A stretch of DNA of 64,000 nucleotides from Alphaproteobacteria bacterium (GCA_017451625.1 JAFTNY010000033.1:13800-77799); one strand, 5' to 3'. Shown: positions 19,492 to 30,350, numbered from the stretch's first letter. Notes: generated from the sequence alone by a model not told the origin. A program made the numbers and translations.

Positions 19492-21186
19492 ATGAAAATG
19501 TTTGCACTACGGTTCCTGAAACAGGAAAAATTTGATAATTATGATGATTACAGACAAAATGCCGTACCGTCCGTTCCTGATAACTTTAACTTTGCATATG
19601 ATGTTGTTGATGTGATTGCATCTGAAACACCGGACAAGGTTGCGTTGTTGTGGACAAATGATAGTGGGGAAAAGAAAAAAATAACATTCAAGATGTTGTC
19701 CGCAATGTCCAACGCGGTGGCAAATTTCTTGGCGTCGCGCGGTTTAAAACGTGGCGACACAGTATTGTTGTTCTTGCGTCGTCGCTGGGAATATTGGGTA
19801 TTGATGATGGCGATGCATAAACTGGGGGTGATTCCAATTCCATCAACAAATCAACTAAAGGCCGAAGATATAAAATATCGTCTGGATACTGCAAATGTTG
19901 CGGCGGTGATTGCATATGATGATGGTGCGATTGTAAATGAAATACGTGCCGCGATTGGTGATTCGGACATTCCGCTGATTGACTGTGCCGAAGTTGCAAA
20001 CGCATGTGATACGTTCCCGACAACAATGGCGCGCATCCCCAACGAAAATACAGATACAATGGTTGTCTATTTTACCAGTGGTACCACCGACATGCCCAAG
20101 ATGGTCGCGCACAATTTTGCATATCCATTGGGGCATATCAACACCGCCGTTTTTTGGCAGCGTTTACGCGACAACGATATTCATTTTACGTTATCTGAAT
20201 CTGGCTGGGCCAAGTGTTCATGGGGCAAAATGTATGGTCAATGGTTGGCCGGTGCCACAGTATTTGTTTTTGATTTCAGTCGTGTCTTTACCGCGCATGA
20301 TTTGCTGACTGCGATTTCTGAAAATCATATTACATCATTCTGTGCGCCACCGACCGCGTACAAGATGATAATTCACGCAGATATGTCGCGATATGACCTG
20401 TCGTCTTTGACCAAGGCCGATGTTGCCGGCGAAGCCCTGAATCCCGAGGTTTACGAACGTTTCCTTGATAAAACAGGCATAAAAATGCGCGAAGGTTTTG
20501 GCCAAACAGAAACGTGCGTTATGCTGTTCAACAATGAATGGATTGAACCCAAGGTTGGATCCATGGGAATGCCGGCCGCCGGTTGGGATGTTGTATTGCT
20601 GGACGACCGCGGTCGCATAATAACGGATGCAGACACCGTCGGCGAAATTTGCATATCGTTAAAGAACGGTTGGCCACTGGGATTGTTTCAGGGCTATCAC
20701 AAGAACGAAAAACTGACCGCGACTGTATCGCGTGATGGCTATTATCATACCGGCGACGTGGCATATCGCGATTCGGACGGTTATTATTGGTTTGTTGGAC
20801 GTAATGACGATTTGATTAAATCCAGTGGTTATCGTGTCAGCCCATTCGAGGTTGAATCAGTTCTGTTGGAACACCCGTCTGTTCGCGAAGTTGCCGTCAC
20901 AGGCATCCCTGATTCTGCCCGCGGTCAGGCGGTCAAGGCCACTGTCGTTTTAAACAAATACTTTCAACCATCAGACATTTTGGTGCGCCAGTTGCAAAAT
21001 CATGTCAAATCACGCACTGCGCATTACAAATGTCCGCGCGTAATTGAATTTGTCGACAGTCTGCCCATGACCATCAGTGGCAAGATTCGTCGCGCCTTGA
21101 TTCGCACACTGGACAGTGCCAAAGAAACAATCGTTGATCCAATTAAAAACACGATTGGTCTGGGCAAAGACGAAGATGACAAGTAA
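19492..21186 (+). CDS. AMP-dependent acyl-CoA synthetase/ligase (medium-chain-like)
   Basis: Motif I 'YFTSGTTDMPKMV', 'GYGQTE'-like 'GFGQTET', and 'YHTGD...GYYWFVGRNDD' blocks. Confidence 0.85.
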   Translation: MKMFALRFLKQEKFDNYDDYRQNAVPSVPDNFNFAYDVVDVIASETPDKVALLWTNDSGEKKKITFKMLSAMSNAVANFLASRGLKRGDTVLLFLRRRWEYWVLMMAMHKLGVIPIPSTNQLKAEDIKYRLDTANVAAVIAYDDGAIVNEIRAAIGDSDIPLIDCAEVANACDTFPTTMARIPNENTDTMVVYFTSGTTDMPKMVAHNFAYPLGHINTAVFWQRLRDNDIHFTLSESGWAKCSWGKMYGQWLAGATVFVFDFSRVFTAHDLLTAISENHITSFCAPPTAYKMIIHADMSRYDLSSLTKADVAGEALNPEVYERFLDKTGIKMREGFGQTETCVMLFNNEWIEPKVGSMGMPAAGWDVVLLDDRGRIITDADTVGEICISLKNGWPLGLFQGYHKNEKLTATVSRDGYYHTGDVAYRDSDGYYWFVGRNDDLIKSSGYRVSPFEVESVLLEHPSVREVAVTGIPDSARGQAVKATVVLNKYFQPSDILVRQLQNHVKSRTAHYKCPRVIEFVDSLPMTISGKIRRALIRTLDSAKETIVDPIKNTIGLGKDEDDK

Positions 21187-21222
21187 AAAAACAAATCCCC
21201 AAAAATGGGGATTTTTTATTTC
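21187..21222. terminator. Bidirectional rho-independent terminator
   Basis: 'aaaaaaacaaatccccaaaaatggggatttttta' between convergent genes. Confidence 0.8.
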
Positions 21223-21893
21223 AGAATTTTTGCCATGAACGCTTGGTGGTTTTCCAAGTCTTCGGCAGGTGGCGTATACTTTCGATACGGAAAATCGCCA
21301 CCAACTTTCGGATGTGCCAACATTGCCGCATGCTGCTTTGCAATAATTTCACTGACATCTGGGGCAGGGGCCTCGTTTTCCAGTTCCAAAAACACCTTGG
21401 CCAAAATTTCTGCGTCAATCAACGCGCCATGTGCGTCCGCACGCGCTGTCAGTGAAATTCCATACCACTTGGCCAACGCATCCAGCGAATAACTTTTCGG
21501 TCCAAACACGCGGTTTCGTGCAATCACAATCGAATCTAACTGCTGTTCACGTGGAATCTTTGGCAGATTTAATTTCTCTAATTCATAATTTACAAATGGA
21601 AAGTCAAAGTCTACTCCATTGTGTGCGACAATCGGACTGTCCCCGACAAATTCCAGAAACTTTGGTGCCACAACCGACATCTTGGGTTTGTCTTCCAAGA
21701 ACGCATTTGAAATCTTGTGAACCATATACGTGTCTGGCGGAATAATTTTTCCCTCTGGATTAATATATTCATGAAAAGAATTATCTGTGATTTTTCCATC
21801 AATAATTTCGACCGCACCAATTTCAATACACCGGTCGCCACGTTGATAATCAAACCCAGTCGTTTCAATGTCAAAGCAAATTACACGTTTCAT
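21216..21893 (-). CDS. dnaQ: DNA polymerase III epsilon subunit-like 3'-5' exonuclease
   Basis: Exo I 'CFDIETTG', Exo II 'VAHNGVDFDFPFV', Exo III 'HGALIDAEILA'. Confidence 0.85.
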   Translation of the reverse strand: MKRVICFDIETTGFDYQRGDRCIEIGAVEIIDGKITDNSFHEYINPEGKIIPPDTYMVHKISNAFLEDKPKMSVVAPKFLEFVGDSPIVAHNGVDFDFPFVNYELEKLNLPKIPREQQLDSIVIARNRVFGPKSYSLDALAKWYGISLTARADAHGALIDAEILAKVFLELENEAPAPDVSEIIAKQHAAMLAHPKVGGDFPYRKYTPPAEDLENHQAFMAKILK

Positions 21894-21943
21894 TTACCTT
21901 TCCTGTCCTTGATAATAATCGTTTTCGGTATTATAATGGACGC

Positions 21944-24022
21944 GTGAATTTAATGCTACAAAATCTTAATAATGAACAACGTCTGGCGGTCGAAACAACC
22001 GACGGTCCATTGTTGGTCTTGTCTGGGGCCGGCACTGGCAAGACGCGTGTTCTGACAACGCGCATCGCCCATATATTAAATAATCACTTGGCAATGTCTT
22101 GGCAGGTTTTGGCCCTGACCTTTACGAACAAGGCGGCCAATGAAATGAAAACCCGTTTAGAATCATTTTCAGACGGCGTGTGGTATGCCGGTGATGTTTG
22201 GTGTGGGACGTTTCATTCAATCTGCCTGCGCATATTGCGCGCAAATGCAGAACGCGCCGGCCTGCGTCGTGATTTCATCATCTATGGCGAAGACGACCAG
22301 AAAAACGTTATTAAATCAATCCTGACCACATCTACCACAAAAACACCGACCGAATACGTCGAAGAATTTTCTGCGGTCAAGGACAAGGGACTGATTGCCC
22401 TAAAAAATACAGATCGGTTGTTCAATGCCTATAACGCCGAATTGTTGCGCCTGAACGCGGTTGATTTTGGTGATATTATTTTGCGTGTACTGGAATTATT
22501 CGATAAAAATCCGGACATCTTGGCGCGCTATCAGAATCAGTTTAAATACATTTTGGTCGATGAATTCCAAGATACCAACAACGCCCAGATGGAATTTTTA
22601 GGATTACTGACACGCGATATTGAAAATCCAAACATATGCTGTGTTGGCGATGATGATCAGTCGATTTATTCATGGCGCGGTGCCGAAATAAAACATATTT
22701 TAAATTTTGACAAGACCTTTCCCAACGCCCAGATTATTCGTCTGGAAACAAATTATCGCAGTACATCAAACATACTAAACGCGGCAAATTCATTGATACG
22801 TCATAATCGTGGCCGTCTGGGCAAAGATTTGCGTTCCGCCGATGCCAGTGGTTGTGGCGAACCTGTGTATGTGTTGACCTTGCCCACCGACAGGGATGAA
22901 TCCCGCATAATCGCCGATGCCATTTTGCGTGAATCAGAAAATGATTTTTCACGCTATGCATTGTTAATACGCGCGGGCAGTTTGTCGCGCATCTTCGAAG
23001 AAGAATTTGCATCACGCGGCATACCATATAAATTGATTGGCGCGACCAAGTTCTATGATCGTATGGAAATTCGCGATGTGATTGCCTATTTGCGTTTGTT
23101 GGTGTATTCATTTGACGATATGTCTTTCTTGCGTGTGATTGCCAAACCACGTCGTGGTTTTGGGGACAAGGCGATTGCCACCCTGCGTGCGTCTGGTGGT
23201 TGCTTGATGGATGCGCTGCGTACGACCAAATTGGCACCAAAGTTGCGCGCCGCGGCTGACGAATTTTTATCTGCATTTGATTTTGAATGGCCGTCAATGT
23301 CGCCACGCGATGCGGCGCAAACATTATTGGAACGCACCGGCTATATGAAAATGTGGTCTGAATCCAAGGATGCAGATGCGCCCGAACGCCTGTCTAATAT
23401 TCGTGAATTGATTACATCTGTGATTTCAAAGTACGCCACACTGTCCGAATTTTTAGAACAGGCCGCCCTTATGATGACCGACGACAACGATTCGAACGAC
23501 AATCCACAAAATAATAACAGTGTACGCATCATGACAATTCACGCGGCCAAGGGATTGGAATTTGATACGGTGTTCTTGCCTGCGTGGGAAGACGGCATAT
23601 TCCCCAATGACAAGGCAATAAACGAAGGCGCAATCGAAGAAGAACGTCGCCTTGCATACGTTGCCATAACGCGCGCCCGTCGCCGCTGTGTAATTTCAAA
23701 TGCGATGATGCGTGTTGTTTTTGGTTCACGCGCATATAATTCGCCCAGTCGTTTTATCACCGAAATGGATGGCAAATATCTGGACTTTCAGGGTGGGGTG
23801 CCACGTCCGTCATATACTGCGTACGGCAATGTTTCGCGTTCCTATGACGCGCCTGCAAAGCCCAGAATACAAAAAACTGCATCCCTGTCCGGTAAATTGG
23901 TGTCGCACAATGAATTGGGCAGTGGTGTTGTTATCGAAGATGCCGGTGCAATTCTAACTGTTGCATTTAAATCGCGTGGCATTAAAAAGGTTGCCCGCGA
24001 ATACATAAAAATAATTGGTTAA
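21944..24022 (+). CDS. uvrD: ATP-dependent DNA helicase UvrD/Rep family
   Basis: Walker A 'GAGTGKTRVL', 'DEFQDTN' and the SF1 helicase motif set. Confidence 0.9.
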   Translation: MNLMLQNLNNEQRLAVETTDGPLLVLSGAGTGKTRVLTTRIAHILNNHLAMSWQVLALTFTNKAANEMKTRLESFSDGVWYAGDVWCGTFHSICLRILRANAERAGLRRDFIIYGEDDQKNVIKSILTTSTTKTPTEYVEEFSAVKDKGLIALKNTDRLFNAYNAELLRLNAVDFGDIILRVLELFDKNPDILARYQNQFKYILVDEFQDTNNAQMEFLGLLTRDIENPNICCVGDDDQSIYSWRGAEIKHILNFDKTFPNAQIIRLETNYRSTSNILNAANSLIRHNRGRLGKDLRSADASGCGEPVYVLTLPTDRDESRIIADAILRESENDFSRYALLIRAGSLSRIFEEEFASRGIPYKLIGATKFYDRMEIRDVIAYLRLLVYSFDDMSFLRVIAKPRRGFGDKAIATLRASGGCLMDALRTTKLAPKLRAAADEFLSAFDFEWPSMSPRDAAQTLLERTGYMKMWSESKDADAPERLSNIRELITSVISKYATLSEFLEQAALMMTDDNDSNDNPQNNNSVRIMTIHAAKGLEFDTVFLPAWEDGIFPNDKAINEGAIEEERRLAYVAITRARRRCVISNAMMRVVFGSRAYNSPSRFITEMDGKYLDFQGGVPRPSYTAYGNVSRSYDAPAKPRIQKTASLSGKLVSHNELGSGVVIEDAGAILTVAFKSRGIKKVAREYIKIIG

Positions 24023-24050
24023 AAAATGGGGGGCAATGCCCCCTGTTTTT
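24022..24050. terminator. Bidirectional rho-independent terminator
   Basis: 'aaaaaatggggggcaatgccccctgttttttt'. Confidence 0.75.
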
Positions 24051-24491
24051 TTATTGTTCAGCGTTTGCACTGGCGATTAGTTTTTGTGCGATTTCCAGTT
24101 TTGCCGCATTAACTTTTTCTGTAATCTGGGCTTTTACAGATTCTGCCTTTTGTTCTGCCGCGTCGGATGCATCCGCTGCCTTGTCCGCGGCCACGTGCTT
24201 AATCTGATCGGTCAGTTCTGTAATTTCAGAACTGTTTTCTGCGACGGCCTTTTTTACATAGTCTACACACTTCTGCGACACCGTTTTTACATTATCGGTC
24301 AAACATTCAACCAGTGTTTTCTGTCCCAGTATAATTTCTGGACATACGGCGGAAATCTCGTCAATGTTGCATGCCTCGCCCAGTGTTTGTGGTTCTGCCG
24401 GCTTTGGGCTGAACAAATCACTGAACCAGCCCGCGTTTGCACCGGACACAGACATTAAGCCAATCAAACCTACAAATAAAATTTTTTTCAT
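24051..24491 (-). CDS. Small secreted protein with a Cys-rich repeat and coiled-coil tail
   Basis: Signal peptide 'MKKILFVGLIGLMSVSGANA'. 'C-N-I-D-E-I-S-A-V-C-P-E...E-C-L-T-D...S-Q-K-C' resembles the 'cysteine-rich repeat' pattern C-x2-D-I-x3-C...C-L...S-x2-C. The C-terminus is Ala/Lys/Glu-rich and helical. Confidence 0.5.
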   Translation of the reverse strand: MKKILFVGLIGLMSVSGANAGWFSDLFSPKPAEPQTLGEACNIDEISAVCPEIILGQKTLVECLTDNVKTVSQKCVDYVKKAVAENSSEITELTDQIKHVAADKAADASDAAEQKAESVKAQITEKVNAAKLEIAQKLIASANAEQ

Positions 24492-24552
24492 AATTGCCCC
24501 TTTGTTTTATATGGGACATATTAGGAATTCAATCCCCACACGTCAAGGATAT

Positions 24553-24580
24553 AAAAAATCCCCACGTGGGGGATCTTTGT
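24553..24580 (-). terminator. Rho-independent terminator for fabZ
   Basis: 'aaaaaatccccacgtgggggat' read on the minus strand and followed by a T-run. Confidence 0.75.
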
Positions 24581-24581
24581 G

Positions 24582-25022
24582 TTATTCATCAGCCTTTTGC
24601 AGAACTGCGGTAAACGTAGATTCTGCAACTTTCTTGCCGCCAACAAAGGCGATGCCATGAAACTTGTGCAGTTTCATTTTTGTCATCAACAATTCGACGT
24701 GTAATTCCAGTTTATCCCCAGGGCGCACCATATGTGAAAATTTAATCTTTTCCATTGTTGTAAAGTACCCCAACATCCCTTGGCGTTCTTCTTCGTTCAA
24801 TCGCTTAAACGCAACAAAGCATGCGGTTTGCGCCAACGCTTCGACCTGTAAAACCCCTGGCATAATTGGATTGTTTGGAAAATGTCCTGCGCACCAAAAT
24901 TCGTCATCACGCACATACTTAACCCCAACGGCACTGGTGTCGGTGTATTCGCGAATTTCATCAACCAGTCGCATATTACCACGATGTGGAATAATCTGCT
25001 CAATTTCTTTTGCGTCAATCAT
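24582..25022 (-). CDS. fabZ: 3-hydroxyacyl-ACP dehydratase FabZ
   Basis: 146 aa hot-dog fold; 'IPHRGNMRLVDEI' and 'HFPNNPIMPGVL' active-site region. Confidence 0.9.
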   Translation of the reverse strand: MIDAKEIEQIIPHRGNMRLVDEIREYTDTSAVGVKYVRDDEFWCAGHFPNNPIMPGVLQVEALAQTACFVAFKRLNEEERQGMLGYFTTMEKIKFSHMVRPGDKLELHVELLMTKMKLHKFHGIAFVGGKKVAESTFTAVLQKADE

Positions 25023-25043
25023 ACCTTTCTTCCTTTTTTTGTG

Positions 25044-26126
25044 TTAGTTTTTCATTTGCTTTTTCAACCATGCATAATGACGCATAAATTCGGTCCCAGG
25101 GCCCGCAGGATACCCCATATGCGATTCCCCGTCTGGAATGTTGCGGAACACCCCACTGTTTGCGCCAACGGACGCATCGTTCCCGATGTGTACGCCGTTC
25201 GCAACGCCAACATGTCCGCCCAGCAACGCGCGGTCGCCAACGACAACCCCACCTGCCAAACCGACACCACTGGCCAGAAAGCATTCCGAACCAATAACGA
25301 CCCCATGTGCAATCTGACACAGGTTATCGATTTTTGTCCCATCGCCGATGCGCGTATCTGTCATCGCGCCGCGGTCAATGCATGTGTTAGAACCCACCGA
25401 CACGCGTTCGCCAATAACAACGCGTCCTACGTGCGGAATAAAGATATTGTGCCCGTTCTGACGGGTGTACCCGAATCCATCCTTGCCAATCACTGCGCCT
25501 GCGTTAATAACACAGTCTGCGCCAATTGTTGCATTTTCGATATGTGCACCACTGCGCACAATGGCGTTTCGTCCAATCACCACGTTGCGCCCAATAAATG
25601 CATATGGGTAAATCTTTGCGCCTTGCTCAATCACTGCGCCGCGTTCAATGGTTGCGAACTGGCCGACATAGGTTGTACGTTTTTTGCGAAAGAACACCCC
25701 GCGTTCAATATGTGCATTTTTACTGATGCCAAAGCGTGGTTTTTCACGATAAATTTCGCCCAAGATTTTTACAATATTTCCACGTGGACTGTCTGTAATC
25801 AACAGCGTTGCCCCCACTGGCGCGTGTCCTGCCATTTCTGGCTGAACCAGAATAACGGTTGCGCGTGTTTTTTCCAGTACCTCGATTGGTAAAATTTTAA
25901 ACGCATTGCTGTTTTGTTCTGTGGAATAGAACGCCAACTGACCCGCGCGCGCATCTGCGATTGGTGCGACACCACGCACAGGTGCGTTTGCATCTCCACG
26001 TAATTCCAGACCAAACTTGGCCGCCAATGCACCGGCTGTTGTTTTGTTTGCCGCCGGCATGAACAAAGATCTAATTGTTTTCATCATAGTGCGCCAATTA
26101 TAGATGAAAAAAAATCCACATTCCAC
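25044..26126 (-). CDS. lpxD: UDP-3-O-acylglucosamine N-acyltransferase LpxD
   Basis: Left-handed beta-helix hexapeptide repeats with the catalytic His region; gene order lpxD-fabZ. The true start is probably Met at ~26087. Confidence 0.9.
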   Translation of the reverse strand: MECGFFFIYNWRTMMKTIRSLFMPAANKTTAGALAAKFGLELRGDANAPVRGVAPIADARAGQLAFYSTEQNSNAFKILPIEVLEKTRATVILVQPEMAGHAPVGATLLITDSPRGNIVKILGEIYREKPRFGISKNAHIERGVFFRKKRTTYVGQFATIERGAVIEQGAKIYPYAFIGRNVVIGRNAIVRSGAHIENATIGADCVINAGAVIGKDGFGYTRQNGHNIFIPHVGRVVIGERVSVGSNTCIDRGAMTDTRIGDGTKIDNLCQIAHGVVIGSECFLASGVGLAGGVVVGDRALLGGHVGVANGVHIGNDASVGANSGVFRNIPDGESHMGYPAGPGTEFMRHYAWLKKQMKN

Positions 26127-26204
26127 AATTTTATCTAAACTACAAAAAACACTTGCGTTTTCACGATTCGTCCTTATAATTAAATTTGTTCTTAAATAGT
26201 TTTT

Positions 26205-26240
26205 TTAAGGGCGGGGTGCAAAAGCCCCGCTCTTTCAATA
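26205..26240 (+). promoter_or_regulatory. GC-rich hairpin in nusA 5' leader (possible attenuator)
   Basis: 'gggcggggtgcaaaagccccgctc' ~35 nt upstream of the nusA ATG, in the divergent lpxD/nusA intergenic region. Confidence 0.3.
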
Positions 26241-26271
26241 AGACATGTAAAAAACGCAAAGGAGTGTATAA

Positions 26272-27840
26272 ATGTCTTTTGTATCAATGCCTCGTCAAGA
26301 CCTGTTGCTGTCCATTGAATCACTGGCACAGGACAAACAGATTGATCGTGAAATCGTCTATGAATCATTAGAGGCGGCAATCGCAAAAATCGCCAAACAC
26401 AAATATGGCGAAGAATTTAATATTGTTGCAAATATTGACCGCAAAAATGGGGCAATACATGTTAAACGTGTATTCACAGTAATTGAATCGCCAGAATCCA
26501 TGGGCGAAGAATACGATCCAAACACAATGCTGACCGTTGCACAGGCAAAAAAATATGCTAAAAATCCTGTTGTTGGCGATGTTGTCGAAGATTCTTTGCC
26601 AGAACCAGAATTTGGTCGTATGGCATTCCAAACGGCCAAGCAGATTATGACCGGTCGCGTTCGTGATGCGGAAAAAACACGCCAGTACGAAGAATTCAAA
26701 GACAGAATTGGCGAAATCATTACTGTCAAGGTTACGCGTATTGAATTTGGCAACGTTTATGTTGGTATCGCCGATGGTATGGAAAACCTGAAAAAGAATG
26801 TATTCCGCGCCGAAGGTTTCTTGAAAAGCAGCGAAGTCATCCCAACCGAACGTTTGCAGGTAAACGACATTGTTCGTGCATTGATTTTGGATGTTGTTCG
26901 TTCAAATACTGGGCCACAAATCTTCTTGACCCGTACACACCCATTGTTTATGGAAAAACTGTTTGTCCAAGAAGTTCCAGAAATCTACGAAGGTATCATC
27001 AGAATCCGTTCTGTTGCACGTGCCCCTGGGTCGCATGCGAAAATTGCGGTTGAAACATCTGACCCATCAATCGATGCGGTTGGTATGACGGTTGGTATCA
27101 AGGGTACACGTATTCAGCCCGTTATCAACGAATGTCATGGCGAAAAAATCGACGTTATCATGTACAACGAAGACCCTGCGGCATTTATCATCAACGCAAT
27201 GCAGCCGGCCAAGGTTGCCAAGGTTATCGTTGACGAAGATACACGCAGCGCGGCCGTCGTTGTGAACGAAGATCAACAGTCTTTGGCAATCGGTCTTCGT
27301 GGCCAGAACGTACGTCTGGCATCCCAGTTAACTGGTTGGAGTATTGATGTCATGAACGAAGCCGAAGAACAAGAACGTCGCGCCAAAGAATTCAAGGAAA
27401 AGACCGAATTGTTCATCACTGGTTTGGATGTCGACGAAATGATTGCCCAGTTGCTGATTACCGAAGGTTTCCGTTCAATCGAAGAAATTGCATTTGTTGA
27501 CATTTCTGAACTGGAAAGCATCGAAGGGTTCAATCCAGAACTGGTTGCAGAATTGCAGAAACGCGCAAAAGATTATTTGGCGAAAATCGAACAAGACTAT
27601 ATGGACCAAGGCCACAACTTGGGTATGAGTGATGACCTGTTGAATTTTGATTTTATCAAACGTCCAACTATTATGAAGTTGGGTGCCGCCGGTATCAAAT
27701 CTTTGGAAGACTTGGCGGACTTGGCCACAGATGAATTGGTTGAAATCTTGGGCGAAGATACCATGTCCAATCGTTTGGCTGGGCGCGTAATTATGAAGGC
27801 ACGCGAATTGGCGTACGACATAAAACAGGAAAACGAATAA
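26272..27840 (+). CDS. nusA: Transcription termination/antitermination factor NusA
   Basis: 522 aa with an N-terminal domain, S1 and KH1/KH2 domains, and C-terminal acidic repeats. Confidence 0.95.
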   Translation: MSFVSMPRQDLLLSIESLAQDKQIDREIVYESLEAAIAKIAKHKYGEEFNIVANIDRKNGAIHVKRVFTVIESPESMGEEYDPNTMLTVAQAKKYAKNPVVGDVVEDSLPEPEFGRMAFQTAKQIMTGRVRDAEKTRQYEEFKDRIGEIITVKVTRIEFGNVYVGIADGMENLKKNVFRAEGFLKSSEVIPTERLQVNDIVRALILDVVRSNTGPQIFLTRTHPLFMEKLFVQEVPEIYEGIIRIRSVARAPGSHAKIAVETSDPSIDAVGMTVGIKGTRIQPVINECHGEKIDVIMYNEDPAAFIINAMQPAKVAKVIVDEDTRSAAVVVNEDQQSLAIGLRGQNVRLASQLTGWSIDVMNEAEEQERRAKEFKEKTELFITGLDVDEMIAQLLITEGFRSIEEIAFVDISELESIEGFNPELVAELQKRAKDYLAKIEQDYMDQGHNLGMSDDLLNFDFIKRPTIMKLGAAGIKSLEDLADLATDELVEILGEDTMSNRLAGRVIMKARELAYDIKQENE

Positions 27841-27902
27841 ACCAAGGGGATGTGGGCAATAACTAAATTGCCCACCACACCTTGAAAAACGGAGTAGTTT
27901 AT

Positions 27903-30317
27903 ATGGCAACATTGACACTGGGAAAATCTGTAACGACTGACGCTGTGCGCAGCAAAAAGGGCGACGAAGTATTTGTTGAACGTCGTCGTCGCGTCATTGC
28001 ACCAAACAGCAAGGAATTGCGCGAAGAACCTGTTGCGCCTGTGGTTCAACACAATGCGACAGATGAAAAATTGCGTGCTGTTTTGGCGGCTGCCAAGGCG
28101 CGCGAAGAAGAACGCAAACAACGCGCCGCCGAAGAGGCCGCCGCCCGCGCCGCACGTGATGCCGAAATTGAACGCGAAACACGTGAATATGAACAGGTCA
28201 AAGAACGTTTGGCGGCCCGCGATTCTGTCCCAGAACCTGTCGCCGAAGAAGTGGTTGTCGAAACACCTGCACCCAAGTCGCCTAAACCCGCACCAGCCCC
28301 CAAGGTGTTTACAAATAACGCCGTTGCCGGCGCGTCGCGCAAAAATCGCAATGCCGACGACGAAGATACACGTCCATCTTCTAAATTTGCAAATTCTAAA
28401 AAGGACTTCAAAAAGTCTGGCAAAATCCATCTGCATGACATTGTTATGGGTGATGGCGAAGACGATGATGAAATCGGTCTGCGCGGTGCCAATCGTCGCC
28501 GTTCCGAAGCGTCCTTGAAACGTTTTCGTGAAAAGGCACGTGCGATATTCTCGGCCCCGCAAAAGGTTGAACACGTCGTATCGCTGGGCGATACAATCAC
28601 TGTCAAAGACTTGGCCGCCGCCATGGCAGAAAAGGTTGGCAATGTTATCAAAAAATTAATGGAAATGGGCATGATGGTGTCTGTGAATCAGTCTATTGAT
28701 GCAGATACTGCTGAACTGATTGCCACAGAATTTGGTGCCACTGTCAAACGCGTTGACGTAAAACCATACGCAGACATTTTGGAACGTGAACCAAATCCAG
28801 AAAATATGAAACCACGCGCACCGGTTGTAACCGTTGTGGGGCACGTTGACCATGGTAAAACATCGCTGTTGGACGCGTTCCGCAATGCAAACGTTGCCGC
28901 CGGCGAAGCAGGTGGCATTACCCAGCACGTATCTTCATACGAAGTCAAAACAAAATCCGGTGCAATGATTACATTTTTGGATACCCCAGGGCACGAAACA
29001 TTTACTGCGATGCGTGCGCGTGGTGCTCAGATGGCGGATATTGTTGTATTGGTTGTTGCGGCAAACGATTCCATCATGCCACAAACGATCGAGGCGATAA
29101 ATCACATACGTGCCGCCAACGTGCCGTTTATTGTTGCAATTAACAAAATTGACCTGCCCGAAGCGAATCCGACCCGCGTAAAAACAGACCTGTTGCAGCA
29201 AGAGGTTCAAGTCGAAGAAATGGGCGGTGATGTTCAGTGCGTTGAAATTTCTGCGACCAAGAAAATCGGTCTGGACAAACTGGAAGAGGCCATTTTATTA
29301 CAGGCCGAAATAATGGAATTGACCGCAGATCCAGATATGTCGGCCGTTGCCTATGTTGTCGAAGCAAAACAAGAAAAAGGTCTGGGCGCGGTTGCAACAA
29401 TCCTGATGCGCCAAGGTACATTGAAAATCGGCGATGTATTTGTCGTTGGTGAAACATTTGGTCGTGTTCGTGGTTTGATTAATTCGGCCGGTGAACGTGT
29501 AAAGTCTGTTAAACCTGGGCAACCTGCGGTTGTGTTAGGGTTGAACACTGTCCCTGGGGCGGGCGACGAATTACGCGTTATGGATACCGAGGCCCAAACC
29601 CGCGAAGTCGCCGCATATCGTGCGCAAAAGGCCAAAGACAAGGCCAACGCTGTCAAACGTTCATCACTGGAAGAATTGTTTGCCAAACGCGACGAAAACA
29701 AGAAATTGATTTTGCCAATTATCTTGCGCGCCGACGTTCAGGGTTCCGTCGAAGCGATTAACGACATGGTCAAAGAAATTAACACAGACAAAGTTGGTGT
29801 TGATGTTCTGTCGTCTGGCGTTGGCCAGATTACCGAAGGCGACATCCGCCTTGCCACAGCATCTGGCGCGGTAATTATTGCGTTTAATGTTCGTGCAGAT
29901 TCGACTGTTCGCGACATGGCACGCAACAACGGTGTTGATATTCGTTATCACAGTGTTGTGTACCGCATTACCGACGAAATCAAAGAAATCTTGTCTGGTA
30001 AATTGGCACCTGAAAAGCGCGAAACATTTATTGGTTATGCGGATGTTATCGCATTGTTCACAGTGGGCAAGGGCGTTCGTGTCGCCGGTTGTCGTATGAC
30101 CGAAGGCACGATTAAAAAAGACGCTTTTGTACGTCTGTTGCGCAACAACGTTGTTGTCTATGATGGCAAGATTGGGCAACTGCGTCGCGAAAAGAACGAA
30201 GTCAAAGAAGTGTCCGGTGGCGTTGAATTCGGTATGTCGTTTGATAAATACAACGACTTAAAAGAAGGCGACCGCGTCGAATGCTACGAAGTCGAAGAAG
30301 TTCGCGCACAATTATAA
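27903..30317 (+). CDS. infB: Translation initiation factor IF-2
   Basis: G-domain '[12 protein letters not shown]', 'DTPGHE' and 'NKID'. The start at ATG 27903 has a GGAG RBS; the ORF-track start at 27882 is less likely. Confidence 0.95.
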   Translation: MATLTLGKSVTTDAVRSKKGDEVFVERRRRVIAPNSKELREEPVAPVVQHNATDEKLRAVLAAAKAREEERKQRAAEEAAARAARDAEIERETREYEQVKERLAARDSVPEPVAEEVVVETPAPKSPKPAPAPKVFTNNAVAGASRKNRNADDEDTRPSSKFANSKKDFKKSGKIHLHDIVMGDGEDDDEIGLRGANRRRSEASLKRFREKARAIFSAPQKVEHVVSLGDTITVKDLAAAMAEKVGNVIKKLMEMGMMVSVNQSIDADTAELIATEFGATVKRVDVKPYADILEREPNPENMKPRAPVVTVVGHVDHGKTSLLDAFRNANVAAGEAGGITQHVSSYEVKTKSGAMITFLDTPGHETFTAMRARGAQMADIVVLVVAANDSIMPQTIEAINHIRAANVPFIVAINKIDLPEANPTRVKTDLLQQEVQVEEMGGDVQCVEISATKKIGLDKLEEAILLQAEIMELTADPDMSAVAYVVEAKQEKGLGAVATILMRQGTLKIGDVFVVGETFGRVRGLINSAGERVKSVKPGQPAVVLGLNTVPGAGDELRVMDTEAQTREVAAYRAQKAKDKANAVKRSSLEELFAKRDENKKLILPIILRADVQGSVEAINDMVKEINTDKVGVDVLSSGVGQITEGDIRLATASGAVIIAFNVRADSTVRDMARNNGVDIRYHSVVYRITDEIKEILSGKLAPEKRETFIGYADVIALFTVGKGVRVAGCRMTEGTIKKDAFVRLLRNNVVVYDGKIGQLRREKNEVKEVSGGVEFGMSFDKYNDLKEGDRVECYEVEEVRAQL

Positions 30318-30350
30318 AAAACATCCCGCCCACCGGCGGGATTTTTATTC
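30318..30350 (+). terminator. Rho-independent terminator
   Basis: 'aaaaaacatcccgcccaccggcgggattttta'. Confidence 0.8.

Noticed and set aside
22734-23324. 196-aa minus-strand ORF within uvrD
   Set aside because: It is antisense to a conserved helicase region and has a His/Arg/Cys-rich nonsense composition.
24882-25892. 336-aa plus-strand ORF antisense to lpxD
   Set aside because: It is a Cys/His/Asn-rich artefact of reading the hexapeptide-repeat gene on the wrong strand; lpxD on the minus strand is unambiguous.
27597-28672. Two long minus-strand ORFs (325 and 208 aa) across the nusA 3' end and infB 5' region
   Set aside because: They are antisense to the Glu/Lys/Ala/Arg-rich N-terminal region of IF-2 and to the NusA acidic repeats; this is a typical shadow-ORF artefact.
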